Shown here piece after piece: positions 9,716 through 16,930 of a DNA stretch of 32,000 nt. Each line of letters opens with the position of its first letter. Position 1 is the stretch's first letter. The translations under genes were made by a program, and so were the position numbers. The stretch is from Pseudodesulfovibrio mercurii (GTDB lineage Bacteria > Desulfobacterota > Desulfovibrionia > Desulfovibrionales > Desulfovibrionaceae). The stretch spans positions 2,550,001 through 2,582,000 of the forward strand of contig NC_016803.1 of the NCBI RefSeq assembly GCF_000189295.2. The letters run 5' to 3'. A model generated the notes under the pieces. It did not search any database, was not told the origin of the DNA, and worked only from the letters and a program-made list of their open reading frames with translations.

Positions 9716-10018
9716 ATGCAGGAAATCGTGACGGCCAACCGCTTCGAGGCGCGGGCCAGGGTGGTCAAGGCCATGGCCCATTCGTCGAGACTGATGATGA
9801 TCGACGAGCTGTCGCGCGGCGAGCGGTGCGTCTGCGACCTGCGCGAGCTGGTCGGGGCGGACATGTCCACCGTGTCCAAGCACCTGTCCGTGCTCAAGAA
9901 GGCGGGCATCGTCGAGGACGAGCGGCGCGGCAAGCAGATCTACTACCGGCTGCGCGTGCCCTGCGTGGTCAACTTCTTCCACTGCATCGAGTCCGTGCTG
10001 GAGGCGGGGGGGAAGTAG
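9716..10018 (+). CDS. arsR: ArsR/SmtB-family metalloregulatory repressor
   Basis: GGAGGA lies 7 nt upstream of the ATG at 9716. The sequence reads MAHSSRLMMIDELSRGERCVCDL...STVSKHLSVLKKAGIVEDERRGKQIYYRL, which is a winged HTH with the CVC metal or metalloid site. Confidence 0.9.
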   Translation: MQEIVTANRFEARARVVKAMAHSSRLMMIDELSRGERCVCDLRELVGADMSTVSKHLSVLKKAGIVEDERRGKQIYYRLRVPCVVNFFHCIESVLEAGGK

Positions 10019-10050
10019 GGTGAAACGGGCCGATTTTTTTTGGAACAACA

Positions 10051-10068
10051 CTTGGCGAAACAGCCAAA
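10051..10068 (+). promoter_or_regulatory. Second copy of the inverted repeat (CTTGGC-N6-GCCAAA), candidate ArsR operator 2
   Basis: The flanking context aaca(t/c)ttggc...gccaaacg matches that at 9671-9694. The site lies 11 nt upstream of the permease ATG and overlaps the region just before its SD. Confidence 0.5.
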
Positions 10069-10078
10069 CGAGGTAATC

Positions 10079-11188
10079 ATGTCCGAACAGAACAACGTTT
10101 CCTGCGCCTGCCAGAGCGGCGCGCCCAAGGCGGCCCAAGACGCCAACGACGCCCATGACGCCAAGGGCAAGACCGGAGTGTGGCGCATCCTGCTGTTGCA
10201 GGTCCTGGCCGTGGCCGCGTGGTATCTTCTCTACAAACAGCTGCTGCCCTTTGCCGACTGGTTCGCCTACGGGCTGCTCGGGCTCGACCCGGCCAGCCAC
10301 CTGGGCTCGGCCGTGCAGTTCTTCGTCTACGACACGCCCAAGGTGCTCATGCTCCTGCTGCTGGTGGTCTACGGCGTGGGCATCCTGCGCTCCTTCGTGA
10401 CCGTCAACTGGACCCGGGCCTTCCTGGCCGGGAAGCGCGAGTCCGCGGGCAACGTCCTGGCCGCGCTGCTCGGCGTGGTCACGCCGTTCTGTTCCTGCTC
10501 GGCCGTGCCCCTGTTCATCGGGTTCATGACCGCGGGCATCCCCCTGGGCGTGACTTTCTCCTTCCTCATCGCCGCGCCCATGGTCAACGAGATCGCGTTG
10601 GTCCTGCTCTACGGCCTGCTCGGCTGGAAGGTGGCGGCCCTGTATTTCGCCACGGGCATCTCCATCGCCATCGTGGCGGGCTGGGTCATGGGCCGCATGC
10701 GGCTCGAACCCTACGTGGAGGACTGGGTCCGCGAGATCCGCGCGGGCGCGGCCGCGGACGAGCCGAACATGACCTGGAAGGACCGCTTCGCCTACGCCCT
10801 CGATTCCGTGCGCGACATCGTGGGCCGGGTCTGGAAGTACGTGATCCTCGGCATCGCCGTGGGCGCGGCCATCCACGGCTACGTGCCCGAAGGGCAGCTG
10901 GCCGGGATCATGGGTAGCCAGGCCTGGTGGTCCGTGCCCCTGTCCGTGCTGCTCGGCATCCCCATGTACACCAACGCGGCGGGCGTCATCCCGGTGGTCG
11001 AGGCCCTGCTCGGCAAGGGCGCGGCGCTGGGCACCACGCTGGCCTTCATGATGTCCGTCATCGCCCTGTCCTTCCCGGAGATGGTCATCCTGCGCAAGGT
11101 CCTCAAGCCGAGGCTCATCGCCGCCTTCATCGGCGTGGTCGGCTGCGGCATCCTCATCGTCGGCTATCTTTTCAACGCGATCATTTAG
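10079..11188 (+). CDS. Permease of the DUF318/ArsP-type family (multi-TM, CSC motif)
   Basis: A GAGGT SD precedes the ATG at 10079. There are about 8-10 hydrophobic helices, and the motif VVTPFCSCSAVPLFIGF is characteristic of this permease family. The N-terminus is Cys-rich (VSCACQSGAPK). Confidence 0.85.
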   Translation: MSEQNNVSCACQSGAPKAAQDANDAHDAKGKTGVWRILLLQVLAVAAWYLLYKQLLPFADWFAYGLLGLDPASHLGSAVQFFVYDTPKVLMLLLLVVYGVGILRSFVTVNWTRAFLAGKRESAGNVLAALLGVVTPFCSCSAVPLFIGFMTAGIPLGVTFSFLIAAPMVNEIALVLLYGLLGWKVAALYFATGISIAIVAGWVMGRMRLEPYVEDWVREIRAGAAADEPNMTWKDRFAYALDSVRDIVGRVWKYVILGIAVGAAIHGYVPEGQLAGIMGSQAWWSVPLSVLLGIPMYTNAAGVIPVVEALLGKGAALGTTLAFMMSVIALSFPEMVILRKVLKPRLIAAFIGVVGCGILIVGYLFNAII

Positions 11189-11224
11189 GCGATCACCCAG
11201 GCGATCATTCAAGCGATCATCCAA
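11177..11224 (+). repeat. Four tandem 12-bp repeats gcgatca(t/c)(t/c)(t/c)a(g/a)
   Basis: The units are gcgatcatttag / gcgatcacccag / gcgatcattcaa / gcgatcatccaa. The first unit contains the permease stop codon TAG (11186-11188). Confidence 0.85.
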
Positions 11225-11245
11225 CCAACATCACAGGAGTATATC

Positions 11246-11476
11246 ATGAAGATTCTGGTCATGGGCCCCGGCTGCCCCAAGTGTGAACAGACCGAAAAGA
11301 CCGTGCGCGAGGCCGTGGCCGAAGCGGGCGTCGAAGCGGACATCGAAAAGGTCAAGGATTTCCAGGAAATCGCCAAGTACGGCATCTTCTCCACCCCGGC
11401 CGTGGTCATCGACGGCGAGGTCAAGGTCGTGGGCAAGGCCCCGTCCAAGAAAGACGTGCTCGGCTGGCTGAAGTAA
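11246..11476 (+). CDS. Thioredoxin-fold protein (redox-active disulfide protein 2 / glutaredoxin-like, CxxC)
   Basis: The 76-aa product MKILVMGPGCPKCEQTEK...STPAVVIDGEVKVVGKAPSK has a CPKC active site. An AGGAG SD lies 6 nt upstream. Confidence 0.9.
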   Translation: MKILVMGPGCPKCEQTEKTVREAVAEAGVEADIEKVKDFQEIAKYGIFSTPAVVIDGEVKVVGKAPSKKDVLGWLK

Positions 11477-11502
11477 CGGCGGAAGCGAGGAGGAAATCCA
11501 TC

Positions 11503-11877
11503 ATGTCCGATTGCGCTTGTTCCTGTCAGGCGGCCCCGAAATTCGTGTTTTCCTGCTCCGGCGCGGCGGACGTCGGCGAGGTGGCGGACCAGGCCGCCCG
11601 CGCCGTGTCGCGCGAGGGCACGGCCAAGGTGTTCTGCCTGGCCGGCATCGGCGGCAAGGTGTCCGGCATCGTCAAGTCCACCGAGGCGGCGGACAAGGTG
11701 GTGGCCATCGACGGCTGCCCCCTGAACTGCGCCCGCAAGACCCTGGAGGAGGCGGGCTTCACGGAGTTCGAACACATCCAGCTGTCCGACCTCGGCCTGG
11801 CCAAGGGCCAGTCTCCGGCCACCCCGGAAAACATCCAGACCGTGATGCGGGCCGTGACCGGGGCGCTCTCGAAGTAG
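11503..11877 (+). CDS. DGC-domain putative zinc/metal-binding protein
   Basis: A GAGGAGG SD is present. The protein has a Cys-rich N-terminus MSDCACSCQAAPKFVFSCSG and the family-defining motif AIDGCPLNCA. Confidence 0.8.
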   Translation: MSDCACSCQAAPKFVFSCSGAADVGEVADQAARAVSREGTAKVFCLAGIGGKVSGIVKSTEAADKVVAIDGCPLNCARKTLEEAGFTEFEHIQLSDLGLAKGQSPATPENIQTVMRAVTGALSK

Positions 11878-11894
11878 CCCGGCCCCAGCAACGC

Positions 11895-11932
11895 AAAGCC
11901 CCCCGCGACGCCGGTTGCGGGGGGCTTTTTTT
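11895..11932 (+). terminator. Rho-independent terminator of the ArsR-permease-Trx-DGC operon
   Basis: A 9-bp GC stem gccccccgc / gcggggggc (11898-11906 / 11917-11925) is followed by T7 (11926-11932). Confidence 0.85.
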
Positions 11933-11955
11933 ACGGGCCGTGTTGTACGGTGCGG

Positions 11956-12408
11956 TTAACATGCCCGGATCACCGCCGCGCCATGGAAAAAGGAGGCCCG
12001 TGTGCGTTCACGGGCCTCCTGGACCGTTCGTTGGATGGCGGGAACCTCCCGGCTCATATGAGTGATCTTGGCATCCGTGACCTGAATGACATCCACGAAA
12101 TTGGACCCGTTGGTAACATATCCGATCTCGCTCTTCAGTGTTTTCCCCGATTGAAGGGTGACAAGGACGTCGTAATGCGAATCACGGGTCACAACGTAGC
12201 GGATCGCGGCGAACTCCCCTTTCGGGATACCGGAGAGCACGTAGGATTGCCCGCAAACGGATATCGTGGCGGAAGTGATCGCCTGTGAACTCCGGTTGCT
12301 CAACAAGGCAAGCCCCAGGTCGGGGGAAAAGAAGGCTGCATTGATTTTCCCTCCAAGTCATAAGGCAACCAGAAATCCTATTACCAGCAAACTTATTTTC
12401 TTCATCAT
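11956..12408 (-). pseudogene. Small secreted or lipoprotein-like gene interrupted by an in-frame TGA (probable pseudogene), in a low-GC patch
   Basis: The minus strand reads ATG ATG AAG AAA ATA AGT TTG CTG GTA ATA GGA TTT CTG GTT GCC TTA TGA CTT GGA GGG..., i.e. MMKKISLLVIGFLVAL*LGGKINAAFF.... This is in the same frame as the 116-aa track ORF, which has no ATG of its own near its 5' end. Confidence 0.5.
11985..12020 (-). terminator. Rho-independent terminator on the minus strand, lying inside the 3' end of the decayed ORF
   Basis: A perfect 12-bp stem aggaggcccgtg / cacgggcctcct (11991-12002 / 12009-12020) is followed on the minus strand by TTTTTCC. Confidence 0.55.
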
Positions 12409-12543
12409 TCGAACCAGTATTTATCGGGATTATAGGGGTTGAGCTGCACCCCGTCTTTGGGCATTTTTTGCAATTTTTTCCGGTCCACAGGTCTTTTCCC
12501 CCGGGCAGCGGCTCTCTCCCCCGCTATCGGAAGCCGCCCCCCT

Positions 12544-12617
12544 GCGCGCAAGCAACAATGAAAAAAAGGGGCCACTGCGTCAGCAGCGGCCCCTTTTTTT
12601 CATTGTTGCTTGCGCGC
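12544..12617 (-). terminator. 74-bp perfect palindrome (30-bp arms) acting as the glnA terminator, with T7/A7 tracts on both strands
   Basis: The arms are gcgcgcaagcaacaatgaaaaaaaggggcc (12544-12573) and ggcccctttttttcattgttgcttgcgcgc (12588-12617). The palindrome begins 3 nt after the glnA stop codon. Confidence 0.8.
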
Positions 12618-12619
12618 CC

Positions 12620-13963
12620 CTACAAAACAGGGAGGTACTTGTCCAATTCGTATTCGGTGACCTGGGTGCGGTATTCGTCCCACTCGGCGATCTTGTTCTC
12701 GACCAGGGCGGTGTGCAGGTGCTCGCCCAGAATCTCCTTCATGAAGGTGGATTTCTGCAGGTTCATGGCCGCCTCGTACAGGGAGCCGGGCAGCGCCTTG
12801 ATCCGGTTGCGCTTGAGCTGCCGGTCGTTCATGGCGAAGATGTCCTCTTCCACCGGGTCGGCCAGGACGTAGTTCTCCTCGATGCCCCTGAGGCCCGAGG
12901 CAAGCTGCACGGCGAAGGCCAGGTACGGGTTGGCCGCCGGGTCCGGGCAGCGCAGCTCCATGCGGGTGGCGTTCTCCTTGCCGGGCTTGTACATGGGCAC
13001 GCGGACCAGGGCCGAGCGGTTGCGCCGCGCCCAGGCGATGTACACCGGGGCCTCGTAGCCGGGCACCAGCCGCTTGTAGGAGTTGACCCACTGGTTGGTC
13101 ACGCAGACGAACTCCGGGGCGTGCTTGAGGATGCCCGCGATATAGGCCTTGCCCTCGGCGGACAGGTGGTATTCGTCGTTGGCGTCGTAGAAGACGTTGC
13201 GGCCGTTCTTGAACAGGGACTGGTGGACGTGCATGCCCGAGCCGTTCTCGCCGAAGATGGGCTTGGGCATGAAGGTGGCGTAGCAGCCGAATTTGCGCGC
13301 GGTCTCCTTGACCACCACCCGGTAGGTCATGGCCGTGTCGGCCATCTTCATGCCTTCCTGGTAGCGCAGGTCGATCTCATGCTGGGACGGGGCCACCTCG
13401 TGGTGGGAGTATTCCACCTGGATGCCCATGGCGCCCAGGGCGAAGATGATGTCGCGGCGGATGTTGTTGCCGAGGTCCAGGGGCGGGGCGTCGAAGTAGC
13501 CGCCCGAGTCCAGGGTCTCGGTGTCCTGGTCGTCGGCGAAGAGGAAGAATTCGAGCTCCGGGCCCACGTAGAAGGTGTAGCCCTTCTCGGCGGCCTGGGC
13601 CATGACCTTCTTGAGCACGTAGCGGGAGTCGGCCTCGAACGGGGAGCCGTCAGGGTTGACCACGTCGCAGAACATGCGGGCCACGGGCCGCTCGGCGGGC
13701 CGCCAGGAGCAGATCTGGAAGGTGGTCGGATCGGGCATGGCGACCATGTCGGACTCGTCGATGCGGCAGAAACCGAGGATGGACGAGCCGTCGAAGCCCA
13801 TGCCCTCCTCGAAGGAGGCCTCGAGTTCGTTGGGCGTGATCTGGAAGCTTTTCAGGGTGCCGAGGATGTCCACGAACCAGTACTGGATGAAGCTGACGTC
13901 ATAGTCCTTGACGGCCTTCATCACGTCGTCCGCGTTCTTGCAGTTGAAAACAGGGATACTCAT
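12620..13963 (-). CDS. glnA: Glutamine synthetase, type I
   Basis: GGAGGAG SD. The 447-aa product carries FIQYWFVDILGTLKSF, GFDGSSI, FYVGPELEFFLF, HHEVAPSQHEI, KPIFGENGSGMHVHQSL and NSYKRLVPGYEAP, which are canonical GS-I motifs. Confidence 0.97.
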   Translation of the reverse strand: MSIPVFNCKNADDVMKAVKDYDVSFIQYWFVDILGTLKSFQITPNELEASFEEGMGFDGSSILGFCRIDESDMVAMPDPTTFQICSWRPAERPVARMFCDVVNPDGSPFEADSRYVLKKVMAQAAEKGYTFYVGPELEFFLFADDQDTETLDSGGYFDAPPLDLGNNIRRDIIFALGAMGIQVEYSHHEVAPSQHEIDLRYQEGMKMADTAMTYRVVVKETARKFGCYATFMPKPIFGENGSGMHVHQSLFKNGRNVFYDANDEYHLSAEGKAYIAGILKHAPEFVCVTNQWVNSYKRLVPGYEAPVYIAWARRNRSALVRVPMYKPGKENATRMELRCPDPAANPYLAFAVQLASGLRGIEENYVLADPVEEDIFAMNDRQLKRNRIKALPGSLYEAAMNLQKSTFMKEILGEHLHTALVENKIAEWDEYRTQVTEYELDKYLPVL

Positions 13964-14459
13964 GCAAACTCCTCCGGTTGGGATGTTGGAGCAATGGGCC
14001 GCACGTTCCAGGGCGGCCCCGGGCCGGATCGGCCATGCCGGTGTTGTGCGGGATGATATGTCCAGAGGTTTACCCGTTTTTGCGGGGCGGGAGCAACAGA
14101 AATGTCCCGAAATTTGTTACGGACACGCGAGAAGGCGGATTTTCGCCGAAAAATGACGAAAACGGGGCGGGGTGCGGGCTCGGTTCGTGCCGCACGGCCG
14201 GTGCGCGCGGCGCCTGGCGTCGGTTCGGCGGGGTGTGCAGTCCGCCCGCATCTCGTCCTAGGGTCTCCACCGTGTAACGATTCGTGGCGCAGGCATGAAA
14301 TGCTGGCGTTTTGCGATAATGCATATTAGTAAATGCGTGGCCGATAGACGGTCGCTTCATCCATCAGGGCAGAATTCATGCAGGCCGCAATCCGTTGCGG
14401 AGGGATTTCGTATTGATGGCTGTCGGACGACAGCCGGGACAGGGATACAAGGGACGGGA

Positions 14460-15482
14460 ATGACAGTTGGTCTGAAAAAACGCGGTTTTCTTATCGACAT
14501 GCACTACTTCAGGGCCTTCGCCATATTGAACGTGGCCCTGGTGCATACCTGGAAGCAACCCGTGGGAGTCCCCGCGGCAGCCTGGCCATACAGCTTCAAG
14601 GTGCTAAGAGAGGTTTTGTTTCATGACAGTACCATTTACTTCATCTTTATCTCGGGATTTCTTTTCGACTACCTGGCCTATCGATTCGATGTGAAGAAGT
14701 ACTATAAAAATAAAATACTCAATGTGATATGCCCATACGTTATCATCAGCACGCTGATATATTTGTATAAAGTATGGATGAACGGCGGTCTCAAGTTCTC
14801 GTACCTGCAGACGATGCTGTATGGACGGGCTGAGATACAGTATTGGTATATCCCGTTCATCAGCCTGGTCTTCGCGGTCAGTCCGCTATTGTTGAAAATC
14901 AAAAAACAGCATTTCATTCCTCTCGTCGCGATCGGCATGGTCTTTCCGTTGCTGGGAACGAGAACGACGATAGATGTCTCGATCGGGCAATATGTATACT
15001 TCTTTCCCGTTTACTGCTTCGGGGCTGCCTGTTCCAGGTCGTATGATGAATTTGTCACCGTTTGCGAGAAGTACTTCAAATATTTCAGCGGGCTTGCGAT
15101 ACTTCTCAGCGGCCTGTTGGTGTTTCTGGTCTATTACAATGTCCACGGCAGGTATTTTCTGTTGAATACGGAGTCCATATATTACCTGCAAAAAATGATG
15201 ATCCTGTTCTGCGCCGTCAAGGTGCTGCAGATGCTGAAGCAGCGGGATATATATGTATTCAACCTGCTCGCAAACTATAGTTTCGCCATCTATTTCCTGC
15301 ACACCGTGGTGTTCCGTTGCTGCGGCTCGGTGCTGATGACCGTTTTCCCCGATCCCGATCAACTGTATTGGCCCGTGGTCGGCACGTTGCTGACGTTGGC
15401 AGCGCTTGCCCTGACCATCCTGCTTTCCGTGGGATGCAAGAAGGTCCTGGGCCGGTATTCGAGGATGATCATCGGCGCTTGA
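14460..15482 (+). CDS. Acyltransferase-3 family membrane O-acyltransferase, paralog 1
   Basis: The start at MTVGLKKRGFLIDMHYFRAFAILNVALVHT fits the family N-terminal R..x.D..R..A...V..H signature. There are about 10 TM helices. GC is markedly lower than in neighbouring genes. Confidence 0.8.
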   Translation: MTVGLKKRGFLIDMHYFRAFAILNVALVHTWKQPVGVPAAAWPYSFKVLREVLFHDSTIYFIFISGFLFDYLAYRFDVKKYYKNKILNVICPYVIISTLIYLYKVWMNGGLKFSYLQTMLYGRAEIQYWYIPFISLVFAVSPLLLKIKKQHFIPLVAIGMVFPLLGTRTTIDVSIGQYVYFFPVYCFGAACSRSYDEFVTVCEKYFKYFSGLAILLSGLLVFLVYYNVHGRYFLLNTESIYYLQKMMILFCAVKVLQMLKQRDIYVFNLLANYSFAIYFLHTVVFRCCGSVLMTVFPDPDQLYWPVVGTLLTLAALALTILLSVGCKKVLGRYSRMIIGA

Positions 15483-15487
15483 GCGGG

Positions 15488-15537
15488 TCCTTGAGGTCGG
15501 ACTTGATGAGCAGGTGGTTGAGCTGGTCGGTGTTGCG
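15488..15537 (-). pseudogene. 50-bp remnant of the 3' end of a solute-binding-protein gene (duplicate of 16950-16999)
   Basis: By eye, 46 of 50 nt are identical to 16950-16999. The sequences are tccttgagg(t/c)cg(g/t)a(c/t)ttgatgagcaggtggttgagctgg(t/c)cggtgttgcg. Confidence 0.6.
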
Positions 15538-15797
15538 GCGTGGGCGGACTCCTGCATGGAAAAATCGGCGACCATTCCCGCCGGACCGCCTGTGTCGCTC
15601 GTCTCGGCAGTATTCCGTTACATATATGTATAATACTCAGGGGAAGCTGGTGTTTTGCACTTATACATATTAGAAAACTCGTGGCCGAAAAATTGGTCGC
15701 TTTCCGCGTAAAGGCCGGGACCTTGTGGAGTATGAATATCGTATGGTGAGGCTGTACTTGTGGATTCTCAGCGGTTGTTAAAAATGGATGAAAAGAA

Positions 15798-16817
15798 ATG
15801 ACTGTGGGTCTTAAAAAGCGCGGTTTTCTGATCGATATGCACTACTTTCGTGCATTTGCAATACTCAACGTGGCTTTGATCCATACCCTTCGGCTGCCAA
15901 CGGGGGTGCCTGCGGAGGCATTGCCCTACAGGTATATTCTGCTGCGGGAAATTCTATTTCATAACAGTACAATTTATTTCATTTTTATTTCCGGGTTCCT
16001 TTTCGACTACTTGTCATATAGATTTGATTTGAAAAAGTATTACAAGGGAAAGATATTAAACGTACTATCTCCGTATGTCATAATTAGCACACTGATTTTT
16101 TTATATAATTCATATGTGATAGGCAATTACGATCTTTCCTATCTGTATGCGATAGTGCACGGAAAGGTTGAAGTGCAGTATTGGTATATACCGTTTATCA
16201 GCCTTGTTTTCCTGGTAAGTCCTCTCTTATCGAAGATAAAAGACAATTTATTTGTTCCGTTATCATTGATCTGTATTCTGTTGCCATTGCTGGGGACAAG
16301 AACAGGTACTAATATATCATGGGGACAGTATGTGTTCTTCTTCCCTATTTATTGTTTTGGAGCCGCCTGTTCCAGGCATTATGATGAATTCGTAGCGATA
16401 TGTGAGCGTTATTACAAATGGTTTGCCGTGTCCGCTGTACTGCTCAGCGGGCTATTGGCGGTCATGACACTTAAGCAAATTCGGGTCAGCGGCTACTTCA
16501 ACATTGAATCCGTGTATTTTATGCAAAAAATGATGATCCTGTTTGTAACGGTCAAGATTCTACAAATGTTGAAACAAAGAAATTTCTACATCATCAATTT
16601 GCTCGCAAGCTATAGTTTCGCCATCTATTTCCTACATACCGTGGCGTTTCGTTTTTGCAGTTGGGTCCTGTTGACCATTGTCCCGGATAGTAGCCAATTG
16701 AATTGGCCCGTCGCCGCCATGTTGCTGGCCATAATGGCGCTTGCCCTGACCATCCTGCTTTCCGTGGGGTGCAAGAAGGTCCTGGGCCGGTATTCGCGAA
16801 TGATCATCGGTGCTTGA
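15798..16817 (+). CDS. Acyltransferase-3 family membrane O-acyltransferase, paralog 2 (lowest-GC gene in the window)
   Basis: The N- and C-termini are nearly identical to those of paralog 1 (MTVGLKKRGFLIDMHYFRAFAILNVAL..., ...ALALTILLSVGCKKVLGRYSRMIIGA). The centre has diverged and synonymous differences are heavy. Confidence 0.8.
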   Translation: MTVGLKKRGFLIDMHYFRAFAILNVALIHTLRLPTGVPAEALPYRYILLREILFHNSTIYFIFISGFLFDYLSYRFDLKKYYKGKILNVLSPYVIISTLIFLYNSYVIGNYDLSYLYAIVHGKVEVQYWYIPFISLVFLVSPLLSKIKDNLFVPLSLICILLPLLGTRTGTNISWGQYVFFFPIYCFGAACSRHYDEFVAICERYYKWFAVSAVLLSGLLAVMTLKQIRVSGYFNIESVYFMQKMMILFVTVKILQMLKQRNFYIINLLASYSFAIYFLHTVAFRFCSWVLLTIVPDSSQLNWPVAAMLLAIMALALTILLSVGCKKVLGRYSRMIIGA

Positions 16818-16930
16818 GCCGGTGCCGCCCCCAGGGGGCGCATGGATCGCCGCCGTCGGCCGTGCCGCCGCACCCGGCCGGACGGTCCGGCGTGTCCGGC
16901 CGCGAACCGGATTGCGGCCCGCGTCGGCCC

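Noticed and set aside
12358-12360. In-frame TGA as selenocysteine, with a GGGAAAA...TTTTCCC hairpin starting 7 nt downstream
   Set aside because: The codon lies in the hydrophobic core of a signal peptide, where Sec has no plausible role. The hairpin loop is large (about 15 nt) and unlike bacterial SECIS elements. A nonsense mutation or a sequencing error is more parsimonious.
14092-14108. Possible sigma54 (-24/-12) promoter for glnA: minus strand GGGACA-tttctg-TTGCT
   Set aside because: The GG-to-GC spacing is one nucleotide longer than the strict TGGCAC-N5-TTGC geometry, and the -24 element is poor. A second candidate (13988-14003) has even worse spacing. I could not support an NtrC/sigma54 promoter by eye.
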